A stretch of 19,147 bases of DNA from an archaeon (GCA_024276825.1 JAJRWI010000066.1:1-19147); one strand, 5' to 3'. Numbered from the stretch's first letter, positions 8,229-17,521 are shown. Made by a program: numbers and translations. The notes: a model not told the origin generated them from the sequence alone.

Positions 8229-8957
8229 CTATTCCTCAGGAAAGAAGCCACTTTTTGAAACAAGATGCTTTGGCAAAACTTCAGATATCCAGAACTTGTA
8301 TGCACATACATAATTTGGTCGTTGAAGCTCAAGATATTTTGACGAAAACAATTGTCGCATGACATGCATAAATCGATAATATGGTTTATTGGGTTCAACA
8401 ATTTCAGTAATGGCATTTAGCTGAAATCCATAATGGCGGTTTTCTGATTCATCATACCATTGAAAGCCCAGACTTACTCTGGGATCTTGCTTGATATTAT
8501 GATAAGTGGAGGTTCCATACATTTCTGCAGCGCCAAGCTTGAATCGGTCAATTTTTTTCTCATCTAGGAACAGTTTCAGATAAATATCAATTCTCTCCTC
8601 AATAGTATCTTTGAACGGCAATCCCTGCAGTGAAAGTAGCTGCCCTTCCAAATCATCTATGCAATTCTCTATTGCATCATCTGTAAGGGTGGGCCTGACT
8701 ATTTTTATGGCGCAATTCATTGGAAAGGGAGCCCTTGTTGAATTCAGGGTTGTCAATATTGGTTTAGTTACTGTTCCTCTGTAAAGATAACTAATATCAT
8801 CAGAGTGGGTTCTTTGAACGAGATCAATCAGCCTATTCCAGAGCGAGTCTGGGATTGCATTGAGAGGATATCTGAGAATGACATCGCCCATGGTTAGTTC
8901 AATTCTACGAAGTTCGCGGTCCACAAATCGCAGAGTTGTCCTGTTCTCACTAGTCAT
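8229..8957 (-). CDS. Pyridoxamine 5'-phosphate oxidase-like FMN-binding split-barrel protein
   Basis: PILTTLN..MNCAIK and EMYGTSTYHNIKQDPRVSLGF..GFQLNAITEIV split-barrel signatures. Confidence 0.7.
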   Translation of the reverse strand: MTSENRTTLRFVDRELRRIELTMGDVILRYPLNAIPDSLWNRLIDLVQRTHSDDISYLYRGTVTKPILTTLNSTRAPFPMNCAIKIVRPTLTDDAIENCIDDLEGQLLSLQGLPFKDTIEERIDIYLKLFLDEKKIDRFKLGAAEMYGTSTYHNIKQDPRVSLGFQWYDESENRHYGFQLNAITEIVEPNKPYYRFMHVMRQLFSSKYLELQRPNYVCAYKFWISEVLPKHLVSKSGFFPEE

Positions 8958-9079
8958 TGTGAGTTCCTCATCATGCTACTTTGCAAATAATGAATAATAG
9001 CATTTGTAGTGTATAGAATAAACTGAAAAGCCACTTAAGGAACATTGTATCATGTATTCATCAAGGAGCTGGTGAACTC

Positions 9080-9361
9080 ATGGCAGAAATCTTTGCTATT
9101 GATTCCAAGTCAAAGATTACAAAAGTAGATACTTCATTCATCGACTCAACGCGCACATTGGTCGTAATTGATCATGAAGAAAAAGTGATCTATCTGTGGC
9201 GTGGGAAAAAATCTTCTCTCTTTGAAAAGCTGATGGGAACAAGAGTGATTGCTAAGTTAAGTCATTCATATCCAGATTACCGCATTAGACCAATCGCAGA
9301 GGGTCATGAGCCTTCAGCATTCAAAGATCTTGTTGGCAGAGAAAACCTACCCAGCTCTTGA
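9080..9361 (+). CDS. Single-domain gelsolin (ProGel-like actin regulator)
   Basis: Gelsolin-repeat pattern LVVID..IYLWRGKKSSLFEK..IAEGHEPSAFKDL; 93 aa; GGAG/GGTGA SD upstream. Confidence 0.8.
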   Translation: MAEIFAIDSKSKITKVDTSFIDSTRTLVVIDHEEKVIYLWRGKKSSLFEKLMGTRVIAKLSHSYPDYRIRPIAEGHEPSAFKDLVGRENLPSS

Positions 9362-9409
9362 AAGTTTGACTTAGGGCTGATTAAACTGACAATTAGCAGA
9401 CTGGCATAT

Positions 9410-9703
9410 TTGTTATGGATTAAAAATGTCAAGCCTGGCTTAAGGACTAGAACAAAGATTATTGAATCATTAATTAGTAAGGGTGAATTGACAGTAAAAC
9501 AATTGGCTGAGATTGTTGAGGTTTCCGAGAGTACAATCCTCTATCACCTAAACAACATGCAAAAGGAAGAGATTGTAGAAAGTATACCAACAAGTCCTAT
9601 CAAATGGAAGTTGAGGTCCGTGGGTTATGAACCAATAACATCATTCTTTAAGATAGCAAAGAAGAAGTCAAAAAAGAGAACTAAACGAACTGACAAAAAA
9701 TGA
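9410..9703 (+). CDS. ArsR-like winged-helix DNA-binding protein with Lys-rich tail
   Basis: RTKIIESL..GELTVKQLAEIVEVSESTILYHLNNM HTH. The true start may be the in-frame CTG at 9386. Confidence 0.85.
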   Translation: MLWIKNVKPGLRTRTKIIESLISKGELTVKQLAEIVEVSESTILYHLNNMQKEEIVESIPTSPIKWKLRSVGYEPITSFFKIAKKKSKKRTKRTDKK

Positions 9704-10017
9704 GTGCCACGGAACTGATTGATGTTTCATTCACATGTTTCAAACCCAGAGTGAAATGGGACAATGAATTAGTAGAAAGGACAATAACCATACCAGCGAA
9801 TATCTGATTGTCGATCTATGAATACAAAGCATTCGTGAGATTGACCTCAATCAGCTAAGTGCCTTTTTTGATCTGACTGAACTAGGCCTATGCTTTACTT
9901 TTCTTATCTCTTGATTTTGTGCCACCGGTGAATTTGAAAAAACAAAGAATCATTGATGTAGTGACCTTGCAGGCAATTAAATGTCAGAAGAAGGAATTAC
10001 AGCTGACCATCAATTGA
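9700..10017 (+). pseudogene. Decayed leucine-rich-repeat protein gene
   Basis: ATG overlaps the upstream stop (ATGA). Spliced across stops and frameshifts it reads ..IREIDLNQLSAFFDLTELGL..SLDFVPPVNLKKQRIIDV, an LxxIDLxxLxxxxxLxxLxL pattern. Confidence 0.5.
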
Positions 10018-10024
10018 GTGTTTC

Positions 10025-10972
10025 TTATTCTAACTGATATAGTTTAGCGCCATTGTTCCAGTATATTTTTTCTAGAACTGATTCAGGAAGATTAAGACCA
10101 TTGATGAATGTACCTCCTATTGCGGCTGTGTCTTGATCTTCAAAGGGTAATGGATAGTTTTCAATGTCAGTTTCAAGAAGGGTCCTAAGGGTGAAATATC
10201 TTCCTTCGTAATAGTTCACTTCACTAGTTCTAGTAACACAATCTGTTGCAAAAAGAATCCTGTCTTCAAACTTGATGAAAAACTCTCTAGCTTTCTTACT
10301 ATCCTTTCCGAGCTCTCTTGCCATCCATCTGGCCGAACTGGTGTCGATATATAGGTTCTTATGTTGCTTGAGCATTTTAGCAAGGTTGTCTAATCGGTGA
10401 ATCTCTGGCTGAGCTGCAAAGTGGGCGGCTTGGACGCGTAAATCAGGATTTCTCTCTAGTCGTCTGCTAAATTGCTGAATATGTTGTTCTTTCGTTCCAT
10501 AAAGACATTTATCGGTATATCTTGTGGCGTAGTAAGTGTCGGGATCCGAAACATGAATGATGATTGGCACATCGATATCACCCACAGCATTGAAGAAGTA
10601 ATCGAATCGTGTGCAGTCGATCTGATGTTCATCTGGAACTTCGGATATCCTGTGTATCCAAAATGGAGCAAAGTGAGTCTTTGCAGCACTGTAGCCCTGT
10701 TCTCTTAGAATGTTAACCTCTCTAACCACATCATCTGGATTGGCTGTGAGCACCATTGCGCCAGAGAAATATTTTGCAAAGACAAACCTGTTTGGATAAT
10801 GTTGTTTCGCATATATCAGGTCCGAATGATCATGAATTATGGCAAGGGTTCTTGTTATGTTGAACTTTTCTGCGGCCTTGACGAAAAGGCCAATAAGTTC
10901 TTCACCGATGATATGAGTATGTGCATCAAAGATTTTGTCATTGTAATATAGTTTGATGTCCAGCAAAACCAC
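10025..10972 (-). CDS. Amidohydrolase family (amidohydro_2-like) TIM-barrel metallohydrolase
   Basis: FDAHTH, IIIHVSDP, AAHF, LYIDTS, ILFATD, KIYWNN motifs. Confidence 0.85.
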   Translation of the reverse strand: MVLLDIKLYYNDKIFDAHTHIIGEELIGLFVKAAEKFNITRTLAIIHDHSDLIYAKQHYPNRFVFAKYFSGAMVLTANPDDVVREVNILREQGYSAAKTHFAPFWIHRISEVPDEHQIDCTRFDYFFNAVGDIDVPIIIHVSDPDTYYATRYTDKCLYGTKEQHIQQFSRRLERNPDLRVQAAHFAAQPEIHRLDNLAKMLKQHKNLYIDTSSARWMARELGKDSKKAREFFIKFEDRILFATDCVTRTSEVNYYEGRYFTLRTLLETDIENYPLPFEDQDTAAIGGTFINGLNLPESVLEKIYWNNGAKLYQLE

Positions 10973-11116
10973 CTATCTAAAATCCAAGATGTTTCATTCA
11001 AAACATTAGTCATTGGTGAAATTTGAAATCTTTAGACTCCTGCTTTTAATAGAAGCACTTTTTAAGGACTCAACATTATTTCTATCTGCGCCATAATTGG
11101 CTTGGAGTTACAAGAA

Positions 11117-11773
11117 ATGAAACACGCCATAAGAATTCTATTTGTTTTAGCAACCGTTGGATTCATCATGACGACTCCCGTAATTGCAGCAACCTCACAA
11201 GGTTTTGAATGGGGCTTTAAAGAAGATGATCAATTCAACTTCACACTAACAGCTAACAGTGAAAATGTTTCAGTCAGCGAAGAGTTTTATTTGATAGTAA
11301 AAACTATTCCATTAATCCCTAATGTAATGAGCGCTTGGAATGATATTCCTTTCATTAACTTTGATGGATATTGGAAAAATGGCACTTCAATGGGAATGAA
11401 TGTGTTATACCTACTATTTGTAGAAAAAATTGCAGTGCCTATTGGCAACTACTCATTGCTGTCTGAATTTGTAAATGATATCCTAGATCATGAATCCACT
11501 GACAGCTCGTTATATTGGGGATTCACGAATGAATTCAACCTTCCAAGTGGTAGAGCAGAGATTTCTGTTGACTATCTGAAGGAAGACGGATTTCTAGCAC
11601 ATTACTTTGTATCTTTCTATAATGGCACCACAATAGTGGGCGAGTACAGTGCAGTGAGATTGGGACTGCCTTCAACTAACATACTTGGTCTTATTCAAGA
11701 CAACATACTTCTGATTGGAGCAGGTGTTGTCGTTGTAGGTGCAGTCTACTGTCTTGTGGCACGCAAGAGGTAA
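11117..11773 (+). CDS. Secreted protein with C-terminal membrane anchor
   Basis: ATG 11117 after a GGAG SD; signal peptide, beta-rich body with N-x-S/T sequons, TM plus ARKR tail. Confidence 0.8.
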   Translation: MKHAIRILFVLATVGFIMTTPVIAATSQGFEWGFKEDDQFNFTLTANSENVSVSEEFYLIVKTIPLIPNVMSAWNDIPFINFDGYWKNGTSMGMNVLYLLFVEKIAVPIGNYSLLSEFVNDILDHESTDSSLYWGFTNEFNLPSGRAEISVDYLKEDGFLAHYFVSFYNGTTIVGEYSAVRLGLPSTNILGLIQDNILLIGAGVVVVGAVYCLVARKR

Positions 11774-11776
11774 ATT

Positions 11777-11807
11777 GTGGGGCAAAGTGCCCCCACTCTT
11801 TCTTTTT
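11777..11807 (+). terminator. GC-rich hairpin plus T-tract between convergent genes
   Basis: gtggggca-aag-tgcccccac (one bulge), followed by tctttcttttt. Confidence 0.6.
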
Positions 11808-13128
11808 AGAGCCGCTTCCATAATCGGGCTGCAGACTCTTGCGACACCTCTCGTATTTTATTGTCGGGTACCCTTACGATCTCGCGATTCTTTACAACAA
11901 GTTCACCATTAACAAACACATCAGAAACGTCACGCCCGTTGAAGGTACTGATGATATGACCAATAATTGAACTGCATGTTATGGGCGTGGGAACTCGTGA
12001 ACAGTCAAGTATTACAATATCTGCAAGCTTTCCTGCCTCTAATGAACCAATTTTATTTTCCAACCCATAACAACGAGCGCCATCAAGAGTTGCCATTCTG
12101 AAGATCTGATCAGGTCCAATTATACTTGGGTTGCCTGATGCAAGGCGATGAATAGTGTATGCACAACGCATGTTTTCGAATGGATCAAAGATCCAACCAT
12201 CATTTCCAAGACCGATTGTTATTCCTTCATTCAACATATCAATGACAGGAGATATGCCCACTGCATTCAGCATGTTGCTCATAGGATTGTGAGCAACAGA
12301 TGTCTTACTTTTTGAAATCAACTCTATCTCATGATTATTAATATGCACGCAATGAGCCAGAACTGTCTTTGGGCCAAGCGCTTCCAGCCTATTAAGGCGT
12401 TCAATTGTTCGCTCTCCATATCTTTCAAGATTATGATACAAGTCCACGAGGCCTTCCGAGGTATGAATAGTAAGAGGTATGTCAATGTTCCTTGCCATTT
12501 TAGCAGCCTGTTGAATAAGATCATCTGAAACTGTAAAGGAGGCATGAATACTCATCATCAATGATGTTAATTCATTTCCTTTGATCTTCTTGGCGAACCT
12601 AACATTTTCACTCAGGCCACGTTGTCCCTCTTCCTTAGTGTGCCGTTCAGTTGCCTCAAACGCCAACATTGAGCGTATTCCAATCTCCTCGGTCGCTTTT
12701 GCAATCATATCGAGGCTTGACTCGATCGAATTGGGACCTGAATAGGTGTCTGCAAAGAATGTAGAGCCATTTCTGAGCATATCTGCCGATGCGGCCAATG
12801 CACTTGCATAAGCATCCTCAAGAGTAAGCGCTTCATCAACAGGCCACCATACTCGTTGCAGCACTTGTGCGAAATCAGTAGGTAAGTCAATGTTTAACGA
12901 TGCACCTCTTAGCAAAATTCCATAGAGATGGGTGTGAGCTGTGATGAGACCAGGTATGGCCACCTTGCCCGATGCATCAAATTCAACATCAATATCCCCC
13001 TTTGGGTTTCCTGCTGCAACGCTTTTTATTCTTGAACCCTCAAAGACAATATGTCCCTTCTCAATTATCCTACCAGAGGCTTCACCAGTCACGATGAAAG
13101 CATTTGTGATTGCTTTGGTCTCACTCAT
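11806..13128 (-). CDS. SsnA-like/ATZ-TRZ family amidohydrolase (nucleoside or base deaminase-like)
   Basis: PGLITAHTHLY, VWWPVDEAL, IHTSEG, AHCVH, HNPMSN, GND, GSLEAGKLAD. Start set at ATG 13128. Confidence 0.85.
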   Translation of the reverse strand: MSETKAITNAFIVTGEASGRIIEKGHIVFEGSRIKSVAAGNPKGDIDVEFDASGKVAIPGLITAHTHLYGILLRGASLNIDLPTDFAQVLQRVWWPVDEALTLEDAYASALAASADMLRNGSTFFADTYSGPNSIESSLDMIAKATEEIGIRSMLAFEATERHTKEEGQRGLSENVRFAKKIKGNELTSLMMSIHASFTVSDDLIQQAAKMARNIDIPLTIHTSEGLVDLYHNLERYGERTIERLNRLEALGPKTVLAHCVHINNHEIELISKSKTSVAHNPMSNMLNAVGISPVIDMLNEGITIGLGNDGWIFDPFENMRCAYTIHRLASGNPSIIGPDQIFRMATLDGARCYGLENKIGSLEAGKLADIVILDCSRVPTPITCSSIIGHIISTFNGRDVSDVFVNGELVVKNREIVRVPDNKIREVSQESAARLWKRL

Positions 13129-13188
13129 AGTAATAACCACAAATATGATAATGTTGAGTCAAATATAGGTTGCTTCCTTAATGTGAAA

Positions 13189-14604
13189 TCATATCTCAAA
13201 GTCAGTGCTTCGAATTGTGTCTTCCTTTGGACGGTATATGAACCCTTCCCGTTCCAGCTTGAGAAGTGCCTTGTCAAATTCTCCCTTGGAAAGGCCCCTC
13301 TTTATCGCCTCGGTTTTCAGTTGTTTAAGAGGTATTGGTTCATTATTAGGGGCAATCTCACGCAAAGTCCTTATTATAAGGTCAGTGGGGGCTATTTCGA
13401 GTTTTTCTTCAGATGCAATGACTGCGTTCTTTGCTGCAAGTAGAGCAGAGAGCAAGTCCTGTTCCTCAGATGGTGCCTCTTCTTCGGCAGGTGGTGCAAG
13501 GTCTGATAGGGAAACACCCTCAGTTTCATTATCGGACTCTGACAACACCGGAATGGGACCAAGATCCTCTGGTTCGATTCCAAGCCATGTTGAGTCTATA
13601 TCTTTGTAATTAGATGCGGCGTGAAGCAGTTGCTTTCTAAATTTCTTTTCAAGCTTAACTCTTTGAACCTCAAGATTCGAGTCCTTGCATGTGATTGAAC
13701 CCATTTGAAGCAGACATCGTTCTGCAAGGCTTCTGATACGAGTGTGCGAATCGACAACAAGATAACTAAGAATGTTGAGAAGAGCCGAGAACTTGGATTC
13801 TGCAATATTTAGGTTCTCTAGCATTGCTTGTTTGACTCGCCAGTTTGGATCCGCAATTATGTCCATAACAAGTCCACGCACACTTGTTATTCCAACTCTA
13901 CCTATTGCCTTTGCTACTTCTGCCCTGTCTTGCCAAGAGCCTTGTTTCAGAAACGGGACTAGGTACTTCAATGACTTCCTGTCCACTATCTCGCTGATGT
14001 AGCCAACCAGTTCTGGCTTACGCGCAGATGCCTTCTGGCAGAGAAGTTTGATTATTGCATTCTTGGTCTTCTCATCAAAAGCATTCAATTTTGGTATTGA
14101 TCCTATAGAAATAGTTTCAACATGGTCTCGAATAATCTTCTTTACCTTTCTAACACCTGGGGCTCCAAGGCTTGCGAATATTCCAAATACTGTGGGTTGA
14201 TGTTCAACACCTAGTTTTTCCAATGCTGAAATCCACTTCTTCTGAGCGTTGGGAGTCAAAGGTGCTCCCTCTTCAATAAAGCCCTCTTCAATCGCTTGAA
14301 GCACCTGCTCCCTCTCCGCAGGGTTTATTGTATTCAGCAGGCTGAAAAACTCTTCAAGATAGGATGTGATCATGTTTCTTCCAGCTGTACGAAAGACTAG
14401 CTTTCGAAGGAATTTATCTTGTGTCTTTAATAGGGTCATGGTAATTGGAAGGAGGGGTCGTGCGGGTATGATATTAGTCATCTTGGATGCGGCACCGTAC
14501 ATCTGACCCCTATCAGGCGAACTAAGATTCCACATAATACCTCTCAGGTTATTTAGCTGCTTCCTCTCGATCTCAATCAAATTCTCCATCTTTTGAGAAG
14601 ACAT
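13189..14604 (-). CDS. HEAT-repeat protein with acidic linker and C-terminal winged helix
   Basis: HEAT units (FLKQGSWQDRAEVAKAIG, IIADPNWRVKQAMLENL, LVVDSHTRIRSLAERCL); acidic/Pro linker; IPLKQLKTEA..GLSKGEFDKALLKLEREGFIYRP winged helix. Confidence 0.8.
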   Translation of the reverse strand: MSSQKMENLIEIERKQLNNLRGIMWNLSSPDRGQMYGAASKMTNIIPARPLLPITMTLLKTQDKFLRKLVFRTAGRNMITSYLEEFFSLLNTINPAEREQVLQAIEEGFIEEGAPLTPNAQKKWISALEKLGVEHQPTVFGIFASLGAPGVRKVKKIIRDHVETISIGSIPKLNAFDEKTKNAIIKLLCQKASARKPELVGYISEIVDRKSLKYLVPFLKQGSWQDRAEVAKAIGRVGITSVRGLVMDIIADPNWRVKQAMLENLNIAESKFSALLNILSYLVVDSHTRIRSLAERCLLQMGSITCKDSNLEVQRVKLEKKFRKQLLHAASNYKDIDSTWLGIEPEDLGPIPVLSESDNETEGVSLSDLAPPAEEEAPSEEQDLLSALLAAKNAVIASEEKLEIAPTDLIIRTLREIAPNNEPIPLKQLKTEAIKRGLSKGEFDKALLKLEREGFIYRPKEDTIRSTDFEI

Positions 14605-15491
14605 TAATTCTTATCCCCCCGTTTTTTCTTTGAACGTTTCTTGGGTTTGGGCTTGCTGGCTTTCTTTGTTTTCTTTGGAGTTTCTTTATCAGCAGCAACA
14701 AAAGCTTCTAGCGACTCCTGCTCCATAAGCTCTCTCGATTTAGACTGTTTCTCCCCAATCTCCAACTCATCATCATTTGCGGGAGAACCATTTAGTGTCA
14801 ATTGCACAGTGTGTTCTGGAATAATCTCATGCTCCTTAAGCTCTAACTCCACAAGACGACTCTCATAGGCCTCCAATATTTCTTCTTTGTAGGGGTCATT
14901 TTCATCGATTGAAATATCAGAGATTTCCAGTTCACTTAGAAGTTCTCTGCCAAATCGTGTGTTTCTAAGGGGCCCCAAGAGAAGCTTACCATTTTTTATC
15001 TTGGGTTTTGCTTTCTTAAACTGCATCAATTCAGCATCAAGAAGTTCAGGAGTCAAAAATGAAAAGCCATCGCGTGAGAGAGAATCAGGATCAAGATATT
15101 TAGTCTGCTTGTTTTTAATCATTTTCAGTACTTTTTCGGAACAGTATGATCTTACTTTCATTCGTCCTTCTTTCCAAGACTTTGCCTTGCAGAATATCTC
15201 AAGGATGTCCGTAGTTGATTCCTCCAATGCGAGGCTCAAAGATAATATACCAAGAGCAGAAAATACGGCATCTCTAACAAGTATCATTATTTCAGGAAGG
15301 TCTTTATCATTAGGTTCCCACTTCCTACTGATTATAGCTATTATTCGATGCCACGGAGATGCCTTCTTATCCACGAAATATTGATGCATTAGTTCTATTA
15401 TGCCGTCAACATCACCACGCCTACTAAGGTCGCACACCTTCTCAACGAACACTACATCTCTAGTGCGACTCTTTGGACTCAGGTTTCTCAT
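14604..15491 (-). CDS. Hypothetical helical protein with PIP-box-like motif and Lys-rich tail
   Basis: Long ORF; start probably ATG 15491 or GTG 15452 rather than 15608. TAATG overlap with the HEAT gene. C-terminal QESLEAFV followed by a K-rich tail. Confidence 0.75.
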   Translation of the reverse strand: MRNLSPKSRTRDVVFVEKVCDLSRRGDVDGIIELMHQYFVDKKASPWHRIIAIISRKWEPNDKDLPEIMILVRDAVFSALGILSLSLALEESTTDILEIFCKAKSWKEGRMKVRSYCSEKVLKMIKNKQTKYLDPDSLSRDGFSFLTPELLDAELMQFKKAKPKIKNGKLLLGPLRNTRFGRELLSELEISDISIDENDPYKEEILEAYESRLVELELKEHEIIPEHTVQLTLNGSPANDDELEIGEKQSKSRELMEQESLEAFVAADKETPKKTKKASKPKPKKRSKKKRGDKN

Positions 15492-15799
15492 CCCCAATTT
15501 GAAATCGTTATTTGTGTTATGACTATTTCCTTTTTGTGTGTCTGTATGACAGAGAGATTTCAAACGAATATTGAAATAATGCTTGCTATTGGCAATTTCT
15601 ATCATCAAGAATTGTAATGTTCATACATACTTGTTATTTGAAGATTGTTAGTTCTAGAATTGTTAGATATCTGCTGAGAAAGAAAAAGAAGGATACTGGC
15701 TAATATCAACAAATGGCAATATTGACTTGCATTCTTCTTCAATATGATATTCCTGAAGGAATTTCAAAACGGCATACTAAATGCACTTGTAAAAATGCC

Positions 15800-16450
15800 C
15801 TATTTTTTCTTCTTCTTAATAATATCAAGAAACTTTCTGACATTCTCTTCAATAACTTCGAATCGACCCTCTGCAACGGCTTTCTTATCGGTTATTGCGC
15901 TGCCAACTCCAAGTGCAAATGCCCCTGCATCTAGCAAGGGACCTGCGGTTTCAAGATTAACGCCTCCTGTTGGGATCAGAGGGATGTGGGGAAGTGGTGC
16001 TCTTATGGCCTTGATATATGATGCTCCACCTAGGTTTCCACACGGGAATACTTTCACTGCATCAGCACCCATTGAATAGGCTTCGAAGATCTCCGTTGGA
16101 GTTGCAGCACCTGGAAAACAGGGTTTAGCATATCTTCTTGCTGCCTTAATGAGAGATCTGGAGTAGATGGGGCTCACTATGAAATTGCTCCCCGCACGAA
16201 TTGACTGAACTGCGGTTTCGGAGTCTAATACTGTGCCAGTTCCGATTAGCACCTTATCGCCAAATCGATCAGCAAGATCGCGCACAACATCGATAGCGCC
16301 AGGCACACTGAATGTCACCTCGATGATGTTCACTCCGCCTTTGAGAAATGCCTCTGCAACTTGAGTTGCCACTTTGCTTGACTCAACTCGAATGATTGGA
16401 ATGAGTTTTGTTTCCTCGATTAATTTCATTGCCGAATGCTTGTCCCACAT
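15800..16450 (-). CDS. eda: KDPG/KHG aldolase (bacterial Eda type)
   Basis: IEVT, IGTGTVLD, FIVSP, PGAATPTE, VKVFP (Schiff-base Lys), PTGGV; GGAGG SD. Confidence 0.93.
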   Translation of the reverse strand: MWDKHSAMKLIEETKLIPIIRVESSKVATQVAEAFLKGGVNIIEVTFSVPGAIDVVRDLADRFGDKVLIGTGTVLDSETAVQSIRAGSNFIVSPIYSRSLIKAARRYAKPCFPGAATPTEIFEAYSMGADAVKVFPCGNLGGASYIKAIRAPLPHIPLIPTGGVNLETAGPLLDAGAFALGVGSAITDKKAVAEGRFEVIEENVRKFLDIIKKKKK

Positions 16451-16461
16451 TTACAGACCTC

Positions 16462-17457
16462 CTATCTCTCAATTCTCAGACCACGTTCTCTACCCTTAAT
16501 GAGTTTCTCTACTTCTTCCTTATAGACATAAGCGAGGTCTCCAGGCACAGAATGCTTGAGTGCAGAAAAGGCAGCACCAAACTCCACAGCTTTCTGAATA
16601 TCATTAAACTTCAACCGACCATAGATGAATCCTGCACTGCAAGAGTCTCCCCCGCCAAGTCGATCTATTACTTCTATATCATAAACAGGGCTTCTATAGA
16701 CCTTGCCATCTGAGTAAGCAAAAACAGACCATCTGTTTCTCAGCACACTGGGAGTTTCTCTCAGGGTGATGACCACAATCTCAAATCCAAACTTGTCTAT
16801 GAGTTTCTGAGCAACCGCTTCGTAATTCTCGCCCTCAATCCCATAGACAACCTTGGTGTCCTCCTCTGTTGTTATCAAAATATCAATGAATTCGGATGCC
16901 GGCTCAGTGAACTTGTTTGCCTGACTAGGTGTCCAGAGTTTTCCCCTGTAATTAACATCATAAGAAACCTTACATCCTTGCTCCTTTGCAATCTTTAGTG
17001 CCTCAACTGTAGCATCTGCGCAGGATGTACTTAAAGCAGGAGTAATACCACTTGTATGAAAGATCTTCGTCCCATTGAGGATCTCTGCCCATGGAACTTC
17101 TCCAGGCTTTATCTTACTTATTGCCGAGTTCTTTCTGTCGTAAATGACCCTGTTAGTTCTTGGAGCAGCCCCGAATTCCACAAAATAAACTCCTACACGA
17201 TTATCCGGATCCCAGATAATATGGGATGTATCTACTCCATGAAGTCTGGCTTGGTTTCGAATAAAATGTCCAATTGAGTTGTCGCCAAGTTTAGTAACAT
17301 ATGCAGACTTCAATCCCAACCTAGCACATGCTACAGCCACATTCATTTCTGCACCGCCCGCATTAGCATCGAAACTCGTAGTCTGCTCTATTCTTTTGAA
17401 ATTAGGCGGTGAGAGACGCAACATGACTTCTCCAAAAGTGACAACATCATAGTTCAT
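16462..17457 (-). CDS. kdgK: 2-keto-3-deoxygluconate kinase (PfkB family)
   Basis: VVTFGEVMLRLSP, GGAEMNVA, VIYDR, SGITPALS, DVNYR, DRLGGGDS; adjacent to eda. Confidence 0.88.
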   Translation of the reverse strand: MNYDVVTFGEVMLRLSPPNFKRIEQTTSFDANAGGAEMNVAVACARLGLKSAYVTKLGDNSIGHFIRNQARLHGVDTSHIIWDPDNRVGVYFVEFGAAPRTNRVIYDRKNSAISKIKPGEVPWAEILNGTKIFHTSGITPALSTSCADATVEALKIAKEQGCKVSYDVNYRGKLWTPSQANKFTEPASEFIDILITTEEDTKVVYGIEGENYEAVAQKLIDKFGFEIVVITLRETPSVLRNRWSVFAYSDGKVYRSPVYDIEVIDRLGGGDSCSAGFIYGRLKFNDIQKAVEFGAAFSALKHSVPGDLAYVYKEEVEKLIKGRERGLRIER

Positions 17458-17521
17458 TATAATCGACTTAAATAGCTCAAATGGAATTGTTAAACCTATC
17501 GATTAACTTCTTTGGCCATTA

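Noticed and set aside
9359-9361. Selenocysteine recoding of the gelsolin TGA
   Set aside because: No redox-motif context, no SECIS-like structure identified, and the codon falls after the end of the domain.
15498-15577. CRISPR-repeat-like ATTTCAA..TTGAAAT inverted repeats
   Set aside because: Single short copy, no repeat-spacer periodicity, no cas genes, AT-rich context.
15492-15608. N-terminal extension of ORF 14604..15608
   Set aside because: Composition looks non-coding; a downstream start at 15491 or 15452 is more plausible.
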